From an uncultured bacterium (lineage in GTDB: Bacteria > Eisenbacteria > RBG-16-71-46): a stretch of DNA of 64,000 nt. Below the pieces are notes generated by a model that ran no database searches, was not told where the DNA came from, and worked only from the letters and a program-made list of their open reading frames with translations. The position numbers and the translations under genes are program-made. Positions 9,349-16,794 of the stretch are shown piece by piece (within the stretch, counting starts at the first letter, position 1; each line of letters starts with the position of its first letter). The stretch spans positions 18,259-82,258 of the forward strand of contig CAZZLY010000003.1 of assembly GCA_964655175.1 (NCBI GenBank), given 5' to 3'.

Positions 9349-10063
9349 GACGTCGTTCGCGGCGAGACGCGTCCGAGGCGGTGCGTGGGAGAGCGCAGGT
9401 CGTGCCGTCGCGGTCACCTGCTATCGCGCACATCCACAGTCGGTTGAACGCTCCGCCCGCGCCGACGTGCGGCTTCGCGCTCGGGCGGTTCCACGCCCGG
9501 CGCATGACAACTCGGCGGGACTGGATGCCCCGGTGGAATGTGAAGTGGTACCGGGAAAGAAATGGCAATCCCGACATTTCGCTGGTGCCGCGACGCACTG
9601 GTGCCGATACTTCGCTGGCAAGTCGAGAAAAATTGGTTCCGCCGTCCACGGTGAACCTGTTCATTCTCGACCCCCTGTTCGAAGGTCGGAGGCGCGTCGC
9701 GCCGGAGTCGATTCCGACCGAGCCGCATGGCAGCGTCGGGGGGCTGGTTCACCGGATCGGGCCGAGAGGATGGCTCAGCCTGGTCACGAACCGAGACCCC
9801 TGGCCTGCCAGATCTTCCGCGGTCCGCCGCGAGGGACGTTCCGGTCGAGGTGACGCTGCGCCGCCCCGCGAGGGTGGTCGTGGATCCCCTGACGCCGAGA
9901 CCGACGTTCCACGCGCGGGCGCGGCGCCGATGCCGTGAGACGAGTCCCGCTGGCGCCCCGTTCGAGTCCCCGCGACTCACGGGACATCCCCCGACGCCAG
10001 CGACGGTCGCAGCCGACCGTGGGACCCGCGCTCACGGCATCGTTCGTTGGGGCGGCCGCGACT

Positions 10064-10612
10064 TCAGCGCGGCGTCCGACACCAGGTCGCGAACGTCGCG
10101 AGATCGGCACGCAGTCGCTCGCGCGTGCGCTCGTCGGCGAGCGAGCCATCGGCCGCGAAGGCCTGGCCCGCGTTCGACAGGCAGAACTCGTGGCCCGGCA
10201 GCATGCGCATGCCGACCGCGTACAGCGTCGGCAGCCACGCCTGATGCGCTCGCACGCCGCCCATGCCGCCGGGCGAGGCGCTCAGCAGCAGCACCGGCCG
10301 ACCGCGCAGCGGCGAATCCGCACCCCGCGACACCCAGTCGAGCGCGTTCTTGAGCACGCCGGGCACGCCGTGGTTGTACTCGGGCGTCGAGATCACGACG
10401 CCGTCGGCCGCACGGATGGCCTCGCGCAGCGCCACGACGCCCGCCGGCAGCCCCTGCGCCTCGACGTCGCCATCGTAGAGCGGCACGTCGTGCACGGTGC
10501 GCACCGTGAGCGTGACCGAGGGCGGCACGAGCGACGTCGCCGCGCGCAGCAGTGCCGTGTTGTGCGAACCGGCGCGCAGGCTGCCGGACAATCCGAGGAG
10601 CGCGAGCGACAC
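10064..10612 (-). CDS. NADPH-dependent FMN reductase
   Basis: ORF 10064..10711 trimmed to GTG 10612, which is preceded by GGAGG 5 nt upstream. Motifs: LLGLSGSLRAGSHNT and ISTPEYNHGVPGVLKNALDW. Confidence 0.8.
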   Translation of the reverse strand: MSLALLGLSGSLRAGSHNTALLRAATSLVPPSVTLTVRTVHDVPLYDGDVEAQGLPAGVVALREAIRAADGVVISTPEYNHGVPGVLKNALDWVSRGADSPLRGRPVLLLSASPGGMGGVRAHQAWLPTLYAVGMRMLPGHEFCLSNAGQAFAADGSLADERTRERLRADLATFATWCRTPR

Positions 10613-10709
10613 GTGACCTCCGTGGGGATGGGGTGGAGCGGACAGTCTAGGCCATCGCGGGGCCTCGTGCGCTCGCCGCGGGCGCACCCCGCGCGCTAGA
10701 CTCGCGCGC

Positions 10710-12590
10710 ATGTCCGCGCGTCCCCGTAAAGCCCCCCGGCCCGCTTCCGACGCCGTCGCCCCGGTCCCGCCCGTGCGACCGGCGCTCGCGCGCGATCCCT
10801 GGCTGCTCGCGATCGTGATCGCGCTCGTGCTGCTGATCGCGCGCGCATGGGGGGCGCCGCTCGGCGAACCGGTCGCGGACGACTTCGACCATCTGCATCA
10901 CGTGCTGTTCTCGGGCTCGTGGTCGTGGTTCGACGGCGGCGGCTCGGCCTCGTTCTGGCGGCCGCTCGCCTACCAGGGCTGGTACGGTCTGTGGCACGAC
11001 GTGATCCTGTCGCATCCGGGCGTGCTCGCGACCCTGCACGTGCTGCTGCTCGGCCTCGTCGCGGTGCTCGTGTACGACCTCGCGCGCGATCGGTTGAACG
11101 GGCCCGCCGCAGCGGTGGCGGCCACGTTCCCGCTGGGACTCGAGGCGACGCGCGCGCTCGTCACCGTGCCGGTGCACATCGTCGATCTGGGTCTCGTCGT
11201 GGCGTCGGGGCTGGCGTGGTGGGCGGCCGCGCGCGGTCGCTTCGCGCTCGCGCTCGTGGCGCTGCTCGCTGGGCTGTCGTGCAAGGAGACCGCGATCGTC
11301 ACCGCACTGCTGCTGCCGTGGCTCGCACGCACCGACGACCGCCACCACCGGGTGCGTTGGATCGTGGGCGCGTGGTCGCTCGCGCTGGCGTGGGCGATCG
11401 CCTACGTCCTCGTGCGTCGCGGCATGGCGCTGGCGCTGCCGCACGGGCTCGAGGCGGGGCTCGGGCCCGCGATGCTCGGCGAGGGGGCGCGCTACGCCTG
11501 GGCGTTCGCGGGCACGCTGCGGGCGTGTGTCAGCCTGCCCATGACGCCGGTGGCGTGGGAGGGCGCGCTGGTCGGCGCGGGCGTGCTGCTGGTGGGGCTC
11601 GCCGGGTTGCGCTTCGCCACCGATGCCGCCGCGCGGGCGCGCTTCGCGGGCGTGCGCGGTCTCGTGCTCGTGGGGCTCGCATGGACGATCCTCGCCACGC
11701 TCACGCTGCTGCCCGTGCATCCGGTGTGGTCGCCGGAGCGCATCGTGTACACGAGCCTCGGCGCGGGCGTGGCGCTGGCCGCCCTGCTCGGGACCGCGCA
11801 CCCCGCGCTGCTCGTGATCCTGGTGGCGCTGCGCGTCACCACGTTCGTGCTCGCGCCCGTGGCGCCGACGGCGATCACGCGGCTCGCCCCCGAGCGCGGC
11901 GCGTTCGTGGACTTCGAGCGGCTCGCTCGCTTGCAGCGTCTGGCGCGCGAGGTGCGCACCGCGCTCGCGCGCGAGTATCCGGTGCTGCCGCACGGCGCGC
12001 GCATCGCATGGGTGCATCCGCCGCACGGTACCGACTACGCGCTCGGCGATCGCGCGCTGCAGGTGTGGCGGCGCGACTCGACCCTGCACTGGGTGCGCTG
12101 GGAGTCGCTCGACGAGGCGGGCGCGCACGCGTTGGCCGGCGCGCTCGAGTTCCGCGAGGACGCCACGCCGCCGATCCGGCGCGTGGCGCCGGGTGCGATC
12201 GAGGAACTGTTCGCGGCCGCGCGCTTGCAGCGTGCGGGCCGCACCGCCGAGGCGCTCACGCGGCTGGCGCGCGCGGACTCCCTGCAGACCGATCGCGAGG
12301 CGCTGCACATCCGCGCCCGCATCGTCGGCTACGAGGCGTGGCTGCTGGGGCAGAGCGACCGGCTGCCCGAGGCCGAGGCGCGCGCGCACGAGGCGCTCTT
12401 ACTCTCGGATCAGGAGGCGGAAGCGCACCTGACGCTCGCCGCCGTCCTGCAGACACGCGGCGAATGGGACGCGTCCCTGGCCCACCTCGACAGCGTGCTG
12501 ACGTGGTACCCCGGGTTCCGCAAGGCGCTCGACCTGCAGGCGTTCGTGCGCGATCGCCGCGCGGCGGTGGCGGCGGGTGCTCGTCCGTGA
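10710..12590 (+). CDS. Polytopic membrane protein, TMTC/PMT-like GT-C fold candidate, with C-terminal TPR repeats
   Basis: The N-terminal ~400 aa contain many hydrophobic helices, a DDFDHL...FWRPL motif and an LSCKETAIV loop similar to PMT_2/TMTC proteins. The C-terminal ~150 aa have TPR-like heptads (AEALTRLARADSLQ..., AHLTLAAVLQTRGEWDASLAHLDSVLTWYPG). Function is inferred only. Confidence 0.55.
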   Translation: MSARPRKAPRPASDAVAPVPPVRPALARDPWLLAIVIALVLLIARAWGAPLGEPVADDFDHLHHVLFSGSWSWFDGGGSASFWRPLAYQGWYGLWHDVILSHPGVLATLHVLLLGLVAVLVYDLARDRLNGPAAAVAATFPLGLEATRALVTVPVHIVDLGLVVASGLAWWAAARGRFALALVALLAGLSCKETAIVTALLLPWLARTDDRHHRVRWIVGAWSLALAWAIAYVLVRRGMALALPHGLEAGLGPAMLGEGARYAWAFAGTLRACVSLPMTPVAWEGALVGAGVLLVGLAGLRFATDAAARARFAGVRGLVLVGLAWTILATLTLLPVHPVWSPERIVYTSLGAGVALAALLGTAHPALLVILVALRVTTFVLAPVAPTAITRLAPERGAFVDFERLARLQRLAREVRTALAREYPVLPHGARIAWVHPPHGTDYALGDRALQVWRRDSTLHWVRWESLDEAGAHALAGALEFREDATPPIRRVAPGAIEELFAAARLQRAGRTAEALTRLARADSLQTDREALHIRARIVGYEAWLLGQSDRLPEAEARAHEALLLSDQEAEAHLTLAAVLQTRGEWDASLAHLDSVLTWYPGFRKALDLQAFVRDRRAAVAAGARP

Positions 12591-12624
12591 CGCACGCGCG
12601 TGGCGCGTCCCGGTCGCGGGGCGC

Positions 12625-13890
12625 ATGATGGCGAGCATGAGCTCCCTGCCGATCCCGCCCTCGGGGCGTTACGACGCGACCACGCGCACGCTCGATCTGG
12701 ACCCGCGCGACCCCGCGTTCGTCGCCGACCCGTACGCCGCCTACGCGGCGCTGCATGCGGTCGGCGGCGTGTTCCGTTGGGCGCAGTACGAGCACTGGTG
12801 CTTCGCCCGGCACGAGGACGTGAGCGCGTTGCTGCGCGATCCCCGGCTCGGGCGGCAGATCACGCACAAGCATTCGCGCGAATCCCTCGGTTGGCCCGAG
12901 CCGAGCGCGCACCTCGAGGCGTTCACGCGCTACGAGGCGAACGCGCTGCTCGAGCTCGAGCCCCCGGCGCACACGCGCATGCGCATGCTCGTCAACCGGC
13001 CGTTCCTGTCGCGCGTGAACGAGGCGCTGCGGCCACGCATCGCCGCGCTCGCGCACGCCGCGATCGATCGGTTCGCCGGGCGTGGCACGGTCGAGCTGCT
13101 CGAGCACTACGCCACGCCGATCCCGGTGCAGGTGATCTGCGATCTGCTGGGCGCACCGCTCGATCGCGTGCCCGATCTGTTGCGTTGGTCGCACGACATG
13201 GTGGCCATGTACCAGGCGCGTCGCGACGCCGAGGTCGAGCGGCGCGCGGTCGAGGCCACGCAGGCGTTCTCGGCGTTCGTGCGCGAGTTGTACGCCGCAC
13301 GTGCGCGCGACCCGCGCGAGGACCTGCTCACCGCGCTCCTGGCGAGCGAGGTGGGCGACGATCGGCTGAGCGATCCCGAGCGCGTCTCGACCGCGATGCT
13401 GTTCCTGATCGCCGGGCACGAGGCGACCGTGCACGCGATCGCCAACGGCGTGCGGGCATTGCTCGAGGCGGGGATCGATCCGGCGGTCGCGTTCGCCGAC
13501 GCGGACGCCACCGCGCGCACGGTGGAGGAGGTGCTGCGGTTCGACACGCCGCTGCACCTGTTCACGCGCTACGTGCTCGAGCCGTGCACGATCCACGGCG
13601 TCGCGTTCGCGCCCGGGGACAAGGTGGGCCTGCTGCTCGGGGCCGCCGATCACGATCCGGTGCGCTTCCCCGAACCGCGTCGGTTCGAGCCCGCACGCAC
13701 GCCGAATCCGCACCTGTCGTTCGGCGGTGGCATCCACTTCTGCGTCGGCGCCCCACTCGCGCGACTCGAACTGCAGGTCGTGCTGCCGGCGCTGTTCGAG
13801 CGCCTGCCGGGCTTGTCCCTGGCGTCGCCGCCGCGCTGGCGCGACACCTACCACTTCCGCGGACTCGAGCGACTCGACCTGCGCTGGTGA
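12625..13890 (+). CDS. Cytochrome P450
   Basis: Heme-thiolate loop FGGGIHFCVGAPLA, I-helix LFLIAGHEATV and ExxR motif (EEVLRFD). ATG 12625 was chosen because it lies downstream of the previous stop at 12590. Confidence 0.85.
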   Translation: MMASMSSLPIPPSGRYDATTRTLDLDPRDPAFVADPYAAYAALHAVGGVFRWAQYEHWCFARHEDVSALLRDPRLGRQITHKHSRESLGWPEPSAHLEAFTRYEANALLELEPPAHTRMRMLVNRPFLSRVNEALRPRIAALAHAAIDRFAGRGTVELLEHYATPIPVQVICDLLGAPLDRVPDLLRWSHDMVAMYQARRDAEVERRAVEATQAFSAFVRELYAARARDPREDLLTALLASEVGDDRLSDPERVSTAMLFLIAGHEATVHAIANGVRALLEAGIDPAVAFADADATARTVEEVLRFDTPLHLFTRYVLEPCTIHGVAFAPGDKVGLLLGAADHDPVRFPEPRRFEPARTPNPHLSFGGGIHFCVGAPLARLELQVVLPALFERLPGLSLASPPRWRDTYHFRGLERLDLRW

Positions 13891-13899
13891 GGTCGTCGT

Positions 13900-15024
13900 T
13901 CACGCCACCGCGAGCGCATCGGCCTCGTGGTGGGTGAACCGCAGTGCGCCCTCGGTGGCGTGGTGACAGGCCCGCTGCAGCGTCTCGGCGTCCAGCACCA
14001 GCCCGCCGCGGGCGATCCACTCGTGCGCGTCACCACGCGTGCCGCTCGCGATCGCGAGATCGGCGCGCTCGGCCACGAACAGCAGTTCCGAGGCCGCATG
14101 CGGCAGGTGCGGCGTGGTGCGGCGGTGATGATCGGCCACCGCGGCCGCCAGATCGGGATCGAGTCCCCAGTGCAACAGCGCCAGCCCACCGAGCGGCTCG
14201 TGCAACTCGCCCAGCATTCGCCGCAACAGCGAGAACGGCAGCGGTGAGGCGGTCCGCGTGCGCCGCCGGCGTTCCGAGATCGTGTCGAACAGCACCAACT
14301 TGCCGGCGTCGTGCAGCAGCCCGAGCAGGTACGCGGCCTCGGGATCGAGGGCGAAGCCGCGCGCGAGTTCGCGCGCGATCGAGGCGGTCCGCGTCAGGTG
14401 CAGCCAGACCTGCGACGTCATGGCCTCGCACGCGCCGCCCGGCCGGCACAGCGTGTGGTGCAGCGTGTGCTTGAGGATCACCGCTTCCGCTCCCGACGAG
14501 CCCGTGCGCTGCAGCGCCTCGTGCAACGAGTCCACCTCGGTGTCGCCGACGCGGTACCAGACCGAGTTCGCCATGCGCATGAGCCCTTCGGCGAGCGAGG
14601 GATCGCGCTCGAACGCGTCCGCGACGTCCTGCAGGTTGGACAACGGGTGACGCGCCAGCCGCAGCGCGCGCTGCGCCGCGGTCGGGATCGGTCGCAGCGT
14701 GTGATCGTCCGCATGGACCACGCGATCGAGCACCGCGCGCACCTCGTCGGTGTGCGCGCCGCGGCCCAGGTCGGCCGCGATGGCGCGCGCGCGTTCGGCG
14801 AGTGTGGCCCGCAGGTGACGGCGCAGTGTCGCGCGGTAGCGGTCGCGCGCGGATTCGACCGCCTCGGCGGACACCGTGGGGACGATCGCGGGCGGCATGA
14901 ACGCGGATTCGGGACTGGGGGCTCGCAAGGGCGTGCGGGGCGAGTCCGTGGCCATGGGCGCGACGGGGGCGACCGGGCCGATAAGGGTGGCGGGTCGGAT
15001 CAGGCGGCGGAACCAACCGAACAT
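13900..15024 (-). CDS. HDOD domain signalling protein
   Basis: ORF 13900..15492 trimmed in frame to ATG 15024 (MFGWFRRL), with GGAG 6 nt upstream. HDOD-like core: AQRALRLARHPLSNLQDVADAFERDPSLAEGLMRMANS...LLGLLHDAGKLVLF. Confidence 0.7.
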   Translation of the reverse strand: MFGWFRRLIRPATLIGPVAPVAPMATDSPRTPLRAPSPESAFMPPAIVPTVSAEAVESARDRYRATLRRHLRATLAERARAIAADLGRGAHTDEVRAVLDRVVHADDHTLRPIPTAAQRALRLARHPLSNLQDVADAFERDPSLAEGLMRMANSVWYRVGDTEVDSLHEALQRTGSSGAEAVILKHTLHHTLCRPGGACEAMTSQVWLHLTRTASIARELARGFALDPEAAYLLGLLHDAGKLVLFDTISERRRRTRTASPLPFSLLRRMLGELHEPLGGLALLHWGLDPDLAAAVADHHRRTTPHLPHAASELLFVAERADLAIASGTRGDAHEWIARGGLVLDAETLQRACHHATEGALRFTHHEADALAVA

Positions 15025-15237
15025 GGGCGCTCCGAGGGTGGGGGCGGCGCGAGGCTGCGGGGATTCGAGGAGTCTCGGTCGGCGCGGGCGTTCCGTGAGG
15101 GCGACGGGTTGCCCGGGCCCGCCGCAGGGCTGGACGCTGCGCGGGCGAGCCCCTAGTTTCCGCGCATCCCCCTCGTGCGGGAGGCCCCTCGGCGTGTTCC
15201 CTCGGGGTGGTCCCGCCGCCTCACGGAGCCGCCCGAC

Positions 15238-15855
15238 ATGATCCAGAAGTTGGCCCTCGCGCTGTTCCTGTTCATCTCCGCCGTCATCCTGGGCGTGCTC
15301 GTCCTGGCCTCGACCCGGCCGAGCGCGTACGCGGTCGAGCGCAGCATCGTCGTCGCGGTGGCCCCGGAGACCGTGTACGAGCTGGTCGCCGATCTGCACC
15401 GGTTCCCGGAGTGGTCGCCGTGGCAGGACCTCGATCCGGCGATGCGCACGGATTGGTCGGGGCCGGCGACCGGGCCCGGCGCCAGCTATCACTGGGTCGG
15501 CGACGACAAGGTGGGCGAGGGGCGCATGACGCTGCGCACGCTCACGCCGCCGCGCGAGGTCGCGATCGCCCTCGACTTCCTCAAGCCGTTCGCCGCCTCG
15601 AGCGACCTGCGGTTCACGTTCACGCCGGTCGTCGGCGGCACGAACGTGACCTGGCGCATGAGCGGCCGCAACAACTTCATGGCCAAGGTGATGACCCTGT
15701 TCGTGGACATGGACGCCGCGGTCGGGCGCGACTTCGAGAAGGGCCTGGCGCGGCTGGAGCGTCTGGCCGAGCAGACGCCGCCCCCGGCCCCCGCGGGGGT
15801 CGCCGCCCCCGACACCACCGACGGGGCGTTCCCCGACACCGCGCTCGCGCGCTGA
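15238..15855 (+). CDS. SRPBCC (polyketide cyclase/START-like) family protein with N-terminal membrane anchor
   Basis: ATG 15238 gives MIQKLALALFLFISAVILGVLVL. The following region, ERSIVVAVAPETVYELVADLHRFPEWSPW...GEGRMTL, is typical of SRPBCC ligand-binding proteins. Confidence 0.7.
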   Translation: MIQKLALALFLFISAVILGVLVLASTRPSAYAVERSIVVAVAPETVYELVADLHRFPEWSPWQDLDPAMRTDWSGPATGPGASYHWVGDDKVGEGRMTLRTLTPPREVAIALDFLKPFAASSDLRFTFTPVVGGTNVTWRMSGRNNFMAKVMTLFVDMDAAVGRDFEKGLARLERLAEQTPPPAPAGVAAPDTTDGAFPDTALAR

Positions 15856-15993
15856 ACCGCGGCGCCGCGAGGCGCGGCGGGCTCCGGACCGCGCGGCGTT
15901 GTGCGGGGCGCGGGCCGCACGCTATCCTGAACGGCCGCCGCGCGACCCCGCGCGGCCCCGACGTCGCAACCCCACCTTCTCCGGGAACGGACC

Positions 15994-16716
15994 ATGGGAC
16001 GCATCTTCGAGACCCGTAAAGCCACGATGTTCGCGCGTTGGGACCGCATGTCCAAGATGTTCTCGCGCATCGGCAAGGAGATCACGATCGCGGTGAAGAA
16101 GGGCGGTCCGAACGTGGACTCGAACCCCGCCCTCAAGCGCGTCATCCAGAACGCGCGCGCCGCGAACATGCCGAAGGAGAAGGTCGAGAACGCCATCAAG
16201 AAGGCGTCCGGCCACGACACCGCCGGCTACGAGGAGATCCTGTACGAGGGCTACGGCCCGCACGGCATCGCCATCCTCGTCGAGTGCGCCACCGACAACA
16301 TCGTGCGCACCGTGGGCAACATCCGCCATCACTTCAACAAGGGTGGCGGCAACATGGGCAACACGAACAGCGTCTCGTTCCAGTTCAAGCGCATGGGCGT
16401 GTTCCGCTTGAACCCGGCCGGGCTCGACGCCGAGTCGCTGGAGCTCGAACTGATCGACTTCGGTCTCGAGGAGATGGGCGAGACCACGGGCGAGAAGGGC
16501 GAGCCGCAGCTCATGCTGCGCTGCGCGTTCAGCGAGTTCGGGCATCTGGCCAAGGCGCTCGAGGATCGCAAGATCACGCCGATCTCGTCGGAGCTCGAGT
16601 ACATCCCCGGCACGCCCACCGAGCTGCCCGAGGAGCAGGCCAAGGAAGTGCTCAAGCTCGTGGACATGCTCGAGCAGGACGACGACGTCCAGAAGGTGTT
16701 CCACAACCTCGCCTGA
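15994..16716 (+). CDS. yebC: YebC/PmpR family DNA-binding transcriptional regulator
   Basis: Full-length 240-aa match to the family pattern: [23 protein letters not shown]...AIKKASG...[19 protein letters not shown]. Confidence 0.9.
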   Translation: MGRIFETRKATMFARWDRMSKMFSRIGKEITIAVKKGGPNVDSNPALKRVIQNARAANMPKEKVENAIKKASGHDTAGYEEILYEGYGPHGIAILVECATDNIVRTVGNIRHHFNKGGGNMGNTNSVSFQFKRMGVFRLNPAGLDAESLELELIDFGLEEMGETTGEKGEPQLMLRCAFSEFGHLAKALEDRKITPISSELEYIPGTPTELPEEQAKEVLKLVDMLEQDDDVQKVFHNLA

Positions 16717-16732
16717 TCGTCCCGTCGCGTCG

Positions 16733-16776
16733 CACGAACGAGGCCGGTGCGGAGTCCCGCACCGGCCTCGTTCGTG
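16733..16776. terminator. Bidirectional hairpin between yebC and the M1 peptidase gene
   Basis: Perfect 19-20 bp stem ACGAACGAGGCCGGTGCGG / CCGCACCGGCCTCGTTCGT with loop AGTC. It sits between the convergent stops at 16714-16716 and 16795-16797. Confidence 0.65.
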
Positions 16777-16794
16777 TCTCACATCGCGTGCGGC

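Noticed and set aside
9504-9938. 144-codon ORF (MTTRRDWMPRWNVKWYRERNGNPD...) inside the convergent gap
   Set aside because: The second half is Arg/Gly/Pro-rich, and third-position G/C is clearly lower than in neighbouring genes. There is no RBS or recognisable domain. It is not annotated as a CDS but is mentioned in the gap finding.
9960-9969. GTTCGAGTCC T-loop-like motif, and a GGGGGCTGG string at ~9739, suggesting a tRNA or tmRNA in the 9349-10063 gap
   Set aside because: The sequences flanking the putative T-loop (CCCCG on both sides) cannot pair. No acceptor-stem complement or CCA-proximal match to GGGGCTG is present. No cloverleaf could be drawn on either strand. The gap is kept only as an unexplained region.
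10647-12389. 580-aa minus ORF and 593-aa + ORF (10847..12628) overlapping the TPR membrane protein gene
   Set aside because: Both are Arg-rich shadows. Only the 10710..12590 frame yields hydrophobic helices and TPR-like repeats.
12256-13854. 532-aa minus ORF antisense to the P450 gene
   Set aside because: Shadow-frame composition. The sense frame carries the FxxGxHxCxG heme loop.
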